A stretch of DNA of 64,000 nucleotides from Alphaproteobacteria bacterium (GTDB lineage Bacteria > Pseudomonadota > Alphaproteobacteria > GCA-2731375). The notes below the pieces were generated by a model, which was not told where the DNA came from, ran no database searches, and saw only the letters and a list, made by a program, of their open reading frames with translations. Positions 29,948 to 40,142 of the stretch are shown in pieces; position 1 is the stretch's first letter, and every line of letters starts with the position of its first letter. Location of the stretch: NCBI GenBank assembly GCA_965225945.1, contig CBDDBZ010000038.1, forward strand, positions 32,001 through 96,000, read 5' to 3'. A program made the position numbers and the translations under genes.

Positions 29948-31025
29948 CGTCCCTATCTGGTTAAAGCAGGATGGGCTCCGAATGTTCTTGATATGTTCTC
30001 CATAGAGGTGTAGGCTGATCGCATCGGCTGGAGCTTTTGGAGGACTATTCGATGAGCGGGATATTGGAGTTCCTCGAACGCCATGGATCGGAGGCGGACT
30101 GCATCGAGGCGCTGGCTCGGCTGCGCTGGCCGCAAGGCTACGTCTGCGCGCGTTGCGGCGAGAGGCGGAACTACCAATTGAAGACGCGGCCGCGGGTCTT
30201 CGAATGCGCCGGTTGCGGCCATCAGGAATCGGTGACCGCGGGCACGGTCTTCCACCGCACCCGCACACCGTTGCGCAAATGGTTCCTGGCGGCGTGGTGG
30301 ATGGGGCGCGACAAGCGCGGGGTCTCGGCGCTGTTTCTGTCGCGAGAGTTGAGCCTGCGCTACGACACCGCCTGGCTGATGGCCCACAAGCTGCGCCATG
30401 CCCTGACGGAGCGCCCGGAGTTCCCGCTGGAGGGCTTGGTCGAGGTCGACGAGAGCTATTACGGCGGGCGGGGCAAGCCGGAGAGCCGGGGGCGCGGGCT
30501 TTCCAACCCGAACAAGAGCCTGTTGGTGATGGCGGTCGAGAAGTGGCCGGTCGGGTCGGGCAAGGGCATCAAGGGGAGCGGCTTCGCCGCCGGCGCCGCG
30601 CGGCTCGCCATCCTGCCCGAGGCCACCGCCCGTGAGTTGGGCGACTTCGTGCGCGCCTCGGTGAAGCCGGGAAGCCGCCTCGACAGCGACGCTTTCAAGA
30701 GTTACGCCAAGCTTGGCGATACTTATCGCCACCAGCCCGTCGTTCAAGGCCAAGGCAAGAACGCCGAGCAGCTCATGCCGGTCGTCCATGTCCTGTTTTC
30801 CAACGTGAAGACGTGGCTCAACGGAACCTACCACGGGGTGAGCGCCAAGCATTTGCCGCGCTACGTCCGGGAATGGAACTACCGCTTCAACCGGCGCAAA
30901 CGCATCTTCGACCTTGCCGATTTCGTGTTGCACCGCGCCATGACCCGACCGACCATCACCTAAAGGGAACTGGTCGACGGTATACAATCGCAGGGAGCGC
31001 TGCCTGCCTTAACCGGATAGGGACG
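29948..31025 (+). mobile_element. IS1595-family element (1078 bp)
   Basis: 23-bp inverted repeats CGTCCCTATC(T/C)GGTTAA(A/G)GCAGG; 8-bp duplication CCGGGTAT at 29940-29947 and 31026-31033. Confidence 0.95.
30052..30963 (+). CDS. IS1595 transposase
   Basis: Zn ribbon CARC/CAGC, VEVDESYYGG, HGVSAKHL..Y..E..YRFN. Confidence 0.92.
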   Translation: MSGILEFLERHGSEADCIEALARLRWPQGYVCARCGERRNYQLKTRPRVFECAGCGHQESVTAGTVFHRTRTPLRKWFLAAWWMGRDKRGVSALFLSRELSLRYDTAWLMAHKLRHALTERPEFPLEGLVEVDESYYGGRGKPESRGRGLSNPNKSLLVMAVEKWPVGSGKGIKGSGFAAGAARLAILPEATARELGDFVRASVKPGSRLDSDAFKSYAKLGDTYRHQPVVQGQGKNAEQLMPVVHVLFSNVKTWLNGTYHGVSAKHLPRYVREWNYRFNRRKRIFDLADFVLHRAMTRPTIT

Positions 31026-31711
31026 CCGGGTATACCCGGGCGCACGCCATTCTCGCGGCGCTCTATATCCACGCTTGGCGCTCGGCATGGCATGTCGCCC
31101 TCGGCTTCGCCAACGCCGATCGGTCTCGCCCCCGGGAGTTGGCGGAGGACCATATCGAGGCGGCGATGTCTCGGCCCAACGCGATCGCATTGCGATGGAA
31201 GGCGCGGTTGCTGACCTTCGAGGCGCGTGCCTACGAGCGGGCCGTCGCGTTGGCGCGACTGGCGATCGCGGTGGAGCCGAATTCGCCCGAAGGCTATGTG
31301 GGACTGAACTACGTCTTGGGATATATGCATGAACTCGACGAAGCGGAGCGGGCCATAAGAACCGCTATTCGACTGGACCCACATAATCCGGAGTATGGCG
31401 CGCGACTCGCCTGGATCGATTTCTATCGAGGCGACTTCGATAAGGCGGTATCGCGGTTGAGGACGGCGATTTCGCGAGATCCGAACAATTACCTCTACTA
31501 CGTCACGATGACGTCGGCGCTCGGTCACTTGGGTCGCGGGGAAGAGGCCGCCCGCGCCATCGCCGAGATGCAGGCCACGCGCGCGCGCCTCGCCATGACG
31601 CCCGTCCTTCTCTATTACCTGAGATATTGGCCCTATAAATACGATGCCGACCGCGACCTGATGCGCGAAGGGCTGGAGAAGGCGGGACTGCGGGAATGAC
31701 GCGCCCGCCCC

Positions 31712-32941
31712 TCACCCCTCGCTCGCCACCGTTTCGATCAGCACTTCGGCATGCAGCGTGCGGTGGACGGGGCATTTGTCGGCGATTTCCAGCAGCTTGG
31801 CCCGCTCCTCGGGCGTAAGCTGGCCGGTGAGCGTGATCTCGCGGCGGATGCGGTCGATCCGACCGGTCCTCGTCTCGCAGTTCTCGCAGTCCTCGGCGTG
31901 GATCTTGTCGTGGCGCAGCGCGACGCGGACCTTGTCCAGCGCCAGTCCCTTGCGCCCGGCGTACATCCGGATGGTCATCGCCGTGCAGGCGCCGAGCCCG
32001 GCGCTGAGCAGATCGTAGGGCGTCGGACCGCTATCGCCGCCGCCCACCGAAGCCGGCTCGTCCGCCCGCAAGGCGTGGGCGCCCGCGGCGATGGCCTGGG
32101 CGAAGGGGTTCTCGCCGGTTTCCACCACCACCACCTCGCCGGCTTGCGCGCGGGGCGGGGCCGCCGCCTCAGGCGCCGTCCCGCCGACATAGCGCGAGGC
32201 CCAACCGGCGATCACCTCGGCCGCGTAGGTCGCATCCTCGATTCGGCTCAACAGATGGTCGGCGGCGTCCAACGAGACGAAACTCTTCGGGTGCTTGGCC
32301 GCCTGGAAGATGGCGCCCGCGTTCTCGATCCCGACCGTGTCGTCGGTGGCTGCGTGCAGTACCAGGAGGGCACGGCGAAGCCCGGCGAGGCACCCCTCCA
32401 GGCTCTGCGCCGCGATATCGTCGAGGAAAGCTTTGCGGATGCGAAACGGGCGGCCGCCGAGTTCGACCACGGCTTCGCCCCGAGCCTCGATCTCCGGCGT
32501 CGCGTCGGCGAAGAGATGGCTGACGTGGGCCGGGTCGGCCGGCGCGCCGAGGGTGGCGACCGCCTTGATCTCGTCCAACTCGCCGGCCGCCGCCAGGGCC
32601 GCGGCCCCGCCCAGGCTGTGGCCGATCAGCAGCGCCGGCGCGCGCCCCGTCGCCGTCATGTGGCGGACGGCCGCGACGAGGTCGCCGACGTTGGAGGAGA
32701 AGTCGGTGTTGGCGAAATCCCCCTCGGAGCCGCCGAGGCCGGTGAAGTCGAAGCGGAGCGTGGCGATGCCTCGGGCGGCGAGCGCGCGGGAGATCACCGT
32801 CGCCCCGCGCGAGGCCTTGGAGCAGGTGAAGCAATGGGCGAAGACGGCGTGGGCGCGGGGCGGCCCCTCCGGCAGTTCCAGCCGCGCGTCGAGCTCGCCG
32901 CCGCGTGCGCCCGGAAAGCGAACTCTCTCGCTCTTGGCCAT
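31712..32941 (-). CDS. Bifunctional alpha/beta hydrolase / OsmC family protein
   Basis: AHCFTCSK, GHSLGG, ADEP, GACT, KCPVHRTL. Confidence 0.92.
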   Translation of the reverse strand: MAKSERVRFPGARGGELDARLELPEGPPRAHAVFAHCFTCSKASRGATVISRALAARGIATLRFDFTGLGGSEGDFANTDFSSNVGDLVAAVRHMTATGRAPALLIGHSLGGAAALAAAGELDEIKAVATLGAPADPAHVSHLFADATPEIEARGEAVVELGGRPFRIRKAFLDDIAAQSLEGCLAGLRRALLVLHAATDDTVGIENAGAIFQAAKHPKSFVSLDAADHLLSRIEDATYAAEVIAGWASRYVGGTAPEAAAPPRAQAGEVVVVETGENPFAQAIAAGAHALRADEPASVGGGDSGPTPYDLLSAGLGACTAMTIRMYAGRKGLALDKVRVALRHDKIHAEDCENCETRTGRIDRIRREITLTGQLTPEERAKLLEIADKCPVHRTLHAEVLIETVASEG

Positions 32942-32961
32942 GGCCGTTCTCCCGTTTTCGC

Positions 32962-34590
32962 TCACTCGCGTCTGACGACGTAGCCGACGCTCTCCCGGTC
33001 CCAGGTCGTGTCGGTGACGCCCGCCAGGCGCAGTTCCTGCTTCTGGATCTTTCCGGTGGCGGTTTTGGGCAACGCCTCCACCAGATCCAAAAAACGCGGC
33101 ACGGCATGGCGCGGCATCCGCTCGACGCAGTAGTCGAGGAGGGCGACGGAATCGATCTCGCCGCCGTCGACGGCGACAAGGCAGGCCTTGACCTCTTCCT
33201 CGCCGCCCGATTCCGCCGTCCTGATACCGACCACGGCGCTCTCCGCCACGAGATCGTGGTTGTTCAGCACCTGCTCCACCTCGAAGGAAGAGATGTTCTC
33301 GCCCCGCCGGCGAATGCAGTCCTTGATCCGGTCGACGAAGTGATAGCGCCCCGAGGAATCCCGGAAGGCCGCGTCGCCGGTGTGGAACCAGAGGTTCCGC
33401 CACGCCTCCACCGTCTTCTCCGCCATCTTGTAGTAGCCGGCCATGAAGGCACCCGGCAGCTTGGGCCGGATCACGATCTCACCCACCGTGTCGTCGCCCA
33501 GGGCCGCGTCGGTTTCGGGGTCGAAGATGTCCATTTCGTAGAATTCGTCCAGCAGATGGCCGGCGCAGCCCGGTATCAGTTCGTCCTCGGGCCGCCCGTA
33601 GAGCGGGATGCCGCACTCCGTCATGCCGTAGAGCTGGATGATCTTTACCCCGAAGCGGCTCTCGAAGCCCTCGCCCCATTCCGCCCCGACGGGGACGGCC
33701 GCGACGTAGCGGAGCGCGTGTCGGCGATCCTCCGGTCGCGGCGGCTGGCGGAAGACGAACTCCGGCATCACGCCGAGCCCGTTGGTCACGGTGGCGCCGA
33801 CCTCGAGGATGTCGTCGAGCCAGCGGCGGGGGCTGAACCGCTCGATCACGTGGGCCCGCGCGCCGGCGATATGGGCACCCAGGACCTGCATGAACAGGCC
33901 GTTGGCGTGAAACAGCGGCATGCAGACGTAATAGACGTCGTCCGGCGTGAGCGAGAGCGCCTCCTTGCTGCCGAGCCCCAGCAGATAGCAGTGGGCATGC
34001 GGCATCAGCACGCCCTTGGCCGGCCCCGTGGTGCCGGAGGTGTACATGATGCAGGCGATGTCGGAGGGCCCGGGCGTGACCAGCACATCCTCGCCGCTCT
34101 CGGGCAGCGCAAGAAAATCCTCGTAGGCCAGACAGCGGGTCGCCGCCAGCACCGGCGGTGGGTCTTCCGGCACGCCGCCGGCGACGAAGACGACGGTGTC
34201 GTGCGGCGGCGCCTCGGCCGGGATGCCGGCGAAGGCGCGGGCCAGGGCGGTCTCACAGAGGATCAGCTTGGGCTCGCAATTGCGTAGCTGGTGCTCCAGG
34301 AACGCGCCCTTCAGCTCGGTGTTGATGGTGGCATGGATGGCGCCCAGCTTTTGCGTCGCCAGCATCGCCACCATGAACTCGGCCCGGTTTTTCAGCAACG
34401 CCAGCACGCGGTCGCCCGGACCGATGCCGAAGGTGGCGAGGATGCGGGCGATGCGGTCGGATTCCGCATCCAGGCCCGCGAAGGTGAGACGGGTGCCGTC
34501 CTCGAAGCTCAGGAACTCGCGCTCGCTATGCCGCACCGCCTGGCGGCGGCAGAGGCCGGTCAGCGTCCAATCCTGGTAATCGTCACGCAT
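32962..34590 (-). CDS. AMP-dependent acyl-CoA ligase (CaiC-like)
   Basis: YTSGTTGPAKG, YGMTE, FHTGD, RRRGENIS. Confidence 0.9.
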   Translation of the reverse strand: MRDDYQDWTLTGLCRRQAVRHSEREFLSFEDGTRLTFAGLDAESDRIARILATFGIGPGDRVLALLKNRAEFMVAMLATQKLGAIHATINTELKGAFLEHQLRNCEPKLILCETALARAFAGIPAEAPPHDTVVFVAGGVPEDPPPVLAATRCLAYEDFLALPESGEDVLVTPGPSDIACIMYTSGTTGPAKGVLMPHAHCYLLGLGSKEALSLTPDDVYYVCMPLFHANGLFMQVLGAHIAGARAHVIERFSPRRWLDDILEVGATVTNGLGVMPEFVFRQPPRPEDRRHALRYVAAVPVGAEWGEGFESRFGVKIIQLYGMTECGIPLYGRPEDELIPGCAGHLLDEFYEMDIFDPETDAALGDDTVGEIVIRPKLPGAFMAGYYKMAEKTVEAWRNLWFHTGDAAFRDSSGRYHFVDRIKDCIRRRGENISSFEVEQVLNNHDLVAESAVVGIRTAESGGEEEVKACLVAVDGGEIDSVALLDYCVERMPRHAVPRFLDLVEALPKTATGKIQKQELRLAGVTDTTWDRESVGYVVRRE

Positions 34591-34599
34591 CCGGCGGCC

Positions 34600-36363
34600 T
34601 TACCAACCGAGCGCGTAGCAGGCGCGGCGGTAGTCCGCGGCCCCCGTCAGGATCCCGCTCTCGATGTCGCGGCGCACCAGGCACATGGCGCCGGCCTTGC
34701 CTTCGCCCGCCGGCCACCACTGAACGTCGTGGCCCTTCTCGGCCAGCGCCTCGCCCGTCGCTTGCTCGATCGAGCCCTCCAGCATCAGCCGGCCCGGGTA
34801 GTGGTTGTGCGGCTCGAACGAGTTGGGGAAGCTCGCGGTGGCGAAGCGCGGCGCCTCGATCGCCGCCTGCGGTTCCATGGCGAAGACCTCGATGTTGATC
34901 AGGGTCTGCACCATCGCCTGCACCTGCACGTCGCCGCCGGGGGTGCCGAAGGGCATGATGCTCTTGCCCGGCCGGATCGCCATCGCCGGATTGGGCGTGA
35001 GCCGCGGCCGCTTGCCGGGCTCGATCACGGCGGGGGAGTCCGGCTCGGTCCAGCCTTGCGAGCCGCGCGTCGAGGGGCAGAGGCCGGTCCCCGGCAGCAC
35101 CGGTCCGGTGTGGGCGGTATCGCTCGGCGTTGCCGAAAAGGCGTTGCCGTGCTTGTCGATCACCGCGACGTAGGAGGTGTCGAGCGCCGCCGTGAGCTCG
35201 TCGCGGGGCGGGATCAGCCCGCCGCTCGCCGCCCGCTCCGCCGCCGGCACCAGCGGATCGCCGGCGGGCGGCATGTCGGGCCAGGCAGCGTCGGGATCGA
35301 TGCGATCGCGCCGGAGCGCGGAATAGGCGCTCGACATCAGCCCGTCCAGCGGCACCTCGACAAAGCGGGGGTCGCCATAGTGGTGATGGCGGTCGGCGAA
35401 GGCGAGCTTCAGCGCCTCGGTCACATGGTGGATATAGGCCGGCGAGTTGTGCCCCATCGCCGCCAGGTCGATGCCGTCCAGGATGTTGAGGGTCTGGCCG
35501 AGCGCCGGGCCCTGGCACCAAGGGCGACAGGCGTGGATCTCCATGTCGCGGAAGTGCGATCTCACCGGGCTCTCGACCTCGACCGAGAATCCGGCCAGGT
35601 CATCGCGGGTCATGAAGCCGCCGTTCTCGGCGTGATAGCGGGCGAGCCGCTCGGCGATGTCGCCCTTGTAGAAGGCGTCCCGCGCGGCGTTCAGGCCCGC
35701 CTCGCGGCCCCGGCCGGCGGCCGCATGCTCCTCGTCGACGAGATATTGGAGGGTGCGGGCGAGATCCGCTTGGACGAAGAGATCGCCGGCCTTCGGCGGC
35801 TGGCCGCCCGGCAGATAGATCTCCGCGTTCTGGGGCCAGCGGCGGTAGCCGTCCGCGGCTCCGGCGATCAGCTCCGCCATCCGGGGATACATGACGAAGC
35901 CCTCGCCTGAGAAACGGATGGCGGCGCCCGCGACCTCGCCGAAACTCATGGTGCCGAAGCGCCGGAGCGCGGTGATCCAAGCATCCGGCGCGGCGGGGAC
36001 GACCACGCGCTCGACGCTCTCGGGGATCGCGCCGCCGTGTTCACGGCGGAAATATTCCGCGTCGACCGCGCTCGGCCAGGTGCCGAGGCCGCTGATGACC
36101 ACCGTCTCGTTCCGTTCGGCGAGGTGGATCATGATCGGCGCGACGCCGGCGATATTGACCAGCTCGCTCTGCACCACGCCCAGCACCAGGCCGGCCGCGA
36201 CCCCGGCGTCGACGGCGTTGCCGCCCGCCTCCAGGACCTCGAAGCCGGCGTGGGAGGCCAGGTAGTGGCCGGCAGCGATCATGTGCCGGGTGCCGACGAT
36301 CGCCGGCCTCAGGCTCGGCGCCGCCATCTCGCCGCGCAACACGCCTTCGAATATGGTGGGCAT
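34600..36363 (-). CDS. Gamma-glutamyltransferase family (Ntn hydrolase)
   Basis: GGNAVDA, DTSY (Thr nucleophile), PGKRP, GTPGGD. Confidence 0.9.
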   Translation of the reverse strand: MPTIFEGVLRGEMAAPSLRPAIVGTRHMIAAGHYLASHAGFEVLEAGGNAVDAGVAAGLVLGVVQSELVNIAGVAPIMIHLAERNETVVISGLGTWPSAVDAEYFRREHGGAIPESVERVVVPAAPDAWITALRRFGTMSFGEVAGAAIRFSGEGFVMYPRMAELIAGAADGYRRWPQNAEIYLPGGQPPKAGDLFVQADLARTLQYLVDEEHAAAGRGREAGLNAARDAFYKGDIAERLARYHAENGGFMTRDDLAGFSVEVESPVRSHFRDMEIHACRPWCQGPALGQTLNILDGIDLAAMGHNSPAYIHHVTEALKLAFADRHHHYGDPRFVEVPLDGLMSSAYSALRRDRIDPDAAWPDMPPAGDPLVPAAERAASGGLIPPRDELTAALDTSYVAVIDKHGNAFSATPSDTAHTGPVLPGTGLCPSTRGSQGWTEPDSPAVIEPGKRPRLTPNPAMAIRPGKSIMPFGTPGGDVQVQAMVQTLINIEVFAMEPQAAIEAPRFATASFPNSFEPHNHYPGRLMLEGSIEQATGEALAEKGHDVQWWPAGEGKAGAMCLVRRDIESGILTGAADYRRACYALGW

Positions 36364-36448
36364 GGTCTCCTCCCTGCTTGGCTTCCAGGCCGAGAATAGG
36401 ACATTTCACGCTCGATCACGTAACCAACTGATACTGCGGGGCGTCTGA

Positions 36449-37969
36449 ATGTCCGTCGCCGAGGTCGAACGCACCGAAATCGGATGGATCCGCAAATGGC
36501 TGATCCTGTTCACGGTGACGCTGGCGACCACGCTTTATTCGACGACGGTGCTGGTGGTCTCGGTGATCCTGCCGCAGATGCAGGGCTCGATGTCGGCGAC
36601 CCAAGATCAGATCGCCTGGGTGGTCACCTTCAACATCCTGGCGACCGCCGTGGTGACGCCGATGACCGGCTGGCTGGAGGCCAAGTTCGGCCGCCGGCGG
36701 GTAATGATTTACGGCCTGGCGCTGTTCACACTCGCGACGATGGCCTGCGGCATGGCGGAAAGTCTGTTGCCGCTGGTGCTCTACCGTATCGCTCAGGGTG
36801 CGACCGGCGCGCCGCTGATTCCGCTCGGCCAGGCGATCGTGCTCGACAGCTTTCCCCGCCACGAGCACCGCCTCGCGACCTCCGTCTTCGGCATGGGCGT
36901 CGTGATCGGGCCGATCATCGGGCCGACCCTCGGCGGCTATCTGGCGGAGCTCTACAACTGGCGCTGGGCCTTCTTCATGCTGGCGCCGGTCGGCGCGGCG
37001 GCACTGCTGATGCTGATCGTGATGATCCGCGATGGTCCCAAGCGTTCGGGGGTTCGCCTCGACTGGATGGGCTTTCTCTCGCTCTCGCTCGGCCTCATCT
37101 CGCTGCAATTGATGCTCGACCGCGGCGAACGGCACGACTGGTTCAACTCGACCGAGATCCTACTCGAGGCCTGCATCGCCGTCATCTGCTTCCACGTCTT
37201 CGTGGTCCACAGCCTGACCTCCAAGCACCCCTTCCTCAATCCCAGGCTGCTGCTCAACTGGAACTATTCGCTCGGCCTAATCCTGGTGCTGATTTACGGC
37301 ATGCTGAATTTCACGCCGATCATCCTGTTGCCGCCGATGCTGCAGAAGCTGATGGGCTATCCGGACTCGATCATCGGCACGCTGCTGGCCGCGCGCGGGG
37401 CGGGTGCCGCGATCGGCTTCTTCCTCGCCATGTGGGTCGGCAAGCTCGATCCCCGCATCGGCATGGGAATCGGCTTCGCCGGCATGGCGGCGTCCGGCGT
37501 CTACATGGCGAGCTTCGACATCAACGTCACCACCTTCGACGTCGCGATCAACAGCTTCACGCAGGGGATCTGCGTGGGCCTGATCTGGGTGCCGCTGACG
37601 GTCGCGACCTTCGCCCGCGTCCGCTCGGAGGACTTGGCCGAATGCTCGGCGGTCTATCACCTGCTGCGCAACCTCGGCAGCTCTATCTTCATATCGCTGA
37701 GCGTGACGACTGTGATCCGCACCTCCAAGATCAACTATGCGGAGCTCTCGGAGCGAATCTCCCCCTTCAACGAGAACCTGGCCTATTCGGGCCTGTTGGG
37801 CGCCTGGAACGTCGACACCGTGCGCGGCTTGGCGGCGGTCAGCGGCGAGATTCAGCGCCAGGCCCTGATGATCGGCTACATCAACGCCTTCGGCCTCTAT
37901 ACACTCGCCTCGCTCGCCGTGCTGCTGCTGGTTATTCTGGTGCGCGGCAAACCGCCCGCCCGGAGCTGA
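36449..37969 (+). CDS. DHA2 family MFS efflux transporter (EmrB-like)
   Basis: WVVTFN, GPTLGGYL, LDRGE..DWF, RNLGSS. Confidence 0.9.
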   Translation: MSVAEVERTEIGWIRKWLILFTVTLATTLYSTTVLVVSVILPQMQGSMSATQDQIAWVVTFNILATAVVTPMTGWLEAKFGRRRVMIYGLALFTLATMACGMAESLLPLVLYRIAQGATGAPLIPLGQAIVLDSFPRHEHRLATSVFGMGVVIGPIIGPTLGGYLAELYNWRWAFFMLAPVGAAALLMLIVMIRDGPKRSGVRLDWMGFLSLSLGLISLQLMLDRGERHDWFNSTEILLEACIAVICFHVFVVHSLTSKHPFLNPRLLLNWNYSLGLILVLIYGMLNFTPIILLPPMLQKLMGYPDSIIGTLLAARGAGAAIGFFLAMWVGKLDPRIGMGIGFAGMAASGVYMASFDINVTTFDVAINSFTQGICVGLIWVPLTVATFARVRSEDLAECSAVYHLLRNLGSSIFISLSVTTVIRTSKINYAELSERISPFNENLAYSGLLGAWNVDTVRGLAAVSGEIQRQALMIGYINAFGLYTLASLAVLLLVILVRGKPPARS

Positions 37970-38105
37970 TCCACGCCGGCCATTTCCACCTTCACTGCCG
38001 GGCAGGATCTGCCCAGTTCGCGGATCCGCCACCGATTTCGAACGATTCTTTGTGGCACGGAACTTGCGGCATGATTCCCGAATTCACCAAACTTGGAGCA
38101 CGGGA

Positions 38106-38705
38106 ATGAAGATCGAGGGATTGGCGGCACAGGTCCGGAACGCGCATGCGATGCCCCGCGAGACGACGGCGCCCGAGGATACCCCCAGGGCCGGTGGCGC
38201 GGGCCGGGGCGCGACGCCGCCGAGCGTGATCGTCGACATCACCGACGCGGCCGACCAGCCGCTCGGCGCGCCGGGCAAGAGCGCCGAGTCCCCCGCGCAT
38301 CGCGCCCGCGCCATGATCGAGAGCTACGTGGCCATGGGTGCCGAGACGGGCGGCCTGCATTTCGGCCAGGTCGTCTCCCGCATCGCCCGGGGCCTCGACG
38401 CGAGCGAACTCTTCGTCCTGCCGGCGCCGCCGGCGGAGGAAGAGCCGACCGAGCCCGCCGGGCCGCTCGTCGAGGGCGAGGGCGAGGGCGCGACGTCCGC
38501 CCTGGTCGAAACACCGCTGGCGCCGCCGGAGCCGGAAATCGATCCGGATCTCGCCGTGGCCTCCCTACTGCTGGAAGAGACGGCGGAGGAGAGCGACACG
38601 CCGACGATCCTCGTCGAGCCGCTGGCGCCGCCGGAGCCGGAAATCGATCCGGATCTCGCCGTGGCCTCTCTACTGCTGGAAGAGACGGCGGACGAGAGCA
38701 GCTGA
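38106..38705 (+). CDS. Hypothetical acidic/Pro-rich protein with duplicated C-terminal motif
   Basis: PLAPPEPEIDPDLAVASLLLEETA(E/D)ES twice. Confidence 0.55.
   Translation: MKIEGLAAQVRNAHAMPRETTAPEDTPRAGGAGRGATPPSVIVDITDAADQPLGAPGKSAESPAHRARAMIESYVAMGAETGGLHFGQVVSRIARGLDASELFVLPAPPAEEEPTEPAGPLVEGEGEGATSALVETPLAPPEPEIDPDLAVASLLLEETAEESDTPTILVEPLAPPEPEIDPDLAVASLLLEETADESS
38514..38699 (+). repeat. Direct repeat, 2 x about 81 bp, period 105 bp
   Basis: CCGCTGGCGCCGCCGGAGCCGGAAATCGATCC.. at 38514 and 38619. Confidence 0.9.
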
Positions 38706-38800
38706 CGCGGTCATTCGGACGGCCCGGGCTCGATAAGGCTCGCGGGATAAACCTCGAAGCGCTGCTTGCCGATGGCGCCGGAGTGGTCCGCCGCGACCGC

Positions 38801-39187
38801 TTACCCGGCTCCATTTGCGCTTCCCCAGGTATCGAGGACGAGCTTGGCCGCCGCCATGTCCATGCTCGCCACGCCGACTGCATCGAAGACCGTGATACGG
38901 CCCTCCGGCACGCTCTTGGTGCCTCATGGGATCTCGTCGATCTCGGCGAGGATCTCGGCGCCCGCGACCACCAGTTTGCCGGATTGGTCGAGCGCGGCGT
39001 CACCCGATTCGACGATCACGATGTTGCGCATCGTGGCATCGTCCAGCTCGCGGCCTTCCCGGGTGTTCCAGCCGACGGAGCCGACGAAGGCGCGCTCCAT
39101 GGCCTCGATCAGCGCGTCGTGGTCGAGATGGCGCTCGACCGTCGCCTCTTCGAGGAAGGCGATGTCTCCGATCGCGGCACCACTCAT
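38801..39187 (-). pseudogene. Ornithine cyclodeaminase/mu-crystallin remnant
   Basis: N-terminus (LIEAMERAF) joined to C-terminal part (SVG..RELDD; ITVFDAVGVASMDMAAA); in-frame TGA at 38924. Confidence 0.7.
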
Positions 39188-39203
39188 CGTCGTCTCCCGC
39201 CGT

Positions 39204-40127
39204 TCAGCGGACGCCCGATTCCTCGATCGCCTGGGCGATCTGGGCTTCCGCGCTCGGCCCCATCAGGTGGGCGCCGGCGACGCCCTCCGTCGCTTTCAGT
39301 CGGTGCAACAACTCGCCGGCGATGCGGCGTCCCTCGGCGCTCGGGTCGTCCGCGCCCTCCAGTCGCGAGAGCACGGCGTCGGGTATGATGGTGCCGAACA
39401 GGTTGTCGCGCATCCAGGCGCCCTGGCGCGCCGAGGTGAGGGCGGCGATACCGACCAGGACCTTGAGCCCGGGCAGGAGGCCCGCTTCGGCAAGCCGGGC
39501 CAGGTAGCGTTCCAACAGCTCCATGTCGAAGCAGAACTGGGTCTGCACGAAGCTCGCCCCCGCCGCGACCTTGGCCGCGAGGCCGTTCGGTCGCCAATCG
39601 GCTGAGGGATCGAGCGGTGCGTCGGCGGCGCCGACCAGATAGGCGGGCGGCGGCGTGATCTCCCGACCCGACGGTAGCCGGCCTTCGTCCCTGAGCGAGA
39701 CGGCGAGCGCCACCAGGCCGGTACTGTCCAGGTCGTTCACCGCCTTCGCCTCCGGCGCGTCGCCCCGCTCGACGGGATCGCCCGAGAGGCAGAGGATGTT
39801 GGGGATGGCGAAGGCGGTGGCGCCGATCAGATCGCGTTCCAGCGCCAGCGTGTTGCGGTCGCGGGTGGTGAACTGCAGCACCGCCTCGATACCGTTCTCC
39901 CGGGTCATGAAATAGGCCGCCGCGGAGGAGGCAAGATGCGCCCTGGCGCCGGCGCCGTCGGTGACGTTCACCGCCTCCACCAAGCCCGCGAGCGGTGCCG
40001 TGCGCTCGACCACGCGCATCGGGTCGGTCGTCAAGGGCGGCGTCGTCTCGGCCGTGATGGCGAAGCGCCCCTCGGCGAACGCGGCGGCCAGGCGGCCGGG
40101 GTGGGCGGCGATTCCGTCGGTGCTCAT
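39204..40127 (-). CDS. metF: Methylenetetrahydrofolate reductase
   Basis: ITAETTPP, VNVTD, TRDRN, LSGD, GASFVQTQ. Confidence 0.85.
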   Translation of the reverse strand: MSTDGIAAHPGRLAAAFAEGRFAITAETTPPLTTDPMRVVERTAPLAGLVEAVNVTDGAGARAHLASSAAAYFMTRENGIEAVLQFTTRDRNTLALERDLIGATAFAIPNILCLSGDPVERGDAPEAKAVNDLDSTGLVALAVSLRDEGRLPSGREITPPPAYLVGAADAPLDPSADWRPNGLAAKVAAGASFVQTQFCFDMELLERYLARLAEAGLLPGLKVLVGIAALTSARQGAWMRDNLFGTIIPDAVLSRLEGADDPSAEGRRIAGELLHRLKATEGVAGAHLMGPSAEAQIAQAIEESGVR

Positions 40128-40142
40128 GGCTGGGAACTCCGT

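Larger units (their letters stand above)
29267..31699 (+). pseudogene. TolB-like/TPR protein (adenylate-cyclase C-terminal type); in-frame TAG at 29678 and IS1595 insertion
   Basis: IVVLPF..IARNSSF..RELGVR; removing the IS and one duplication restores ELDPGYTRAHAILA.. in frame with the 31139 ORF. Confidence 0.85.
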
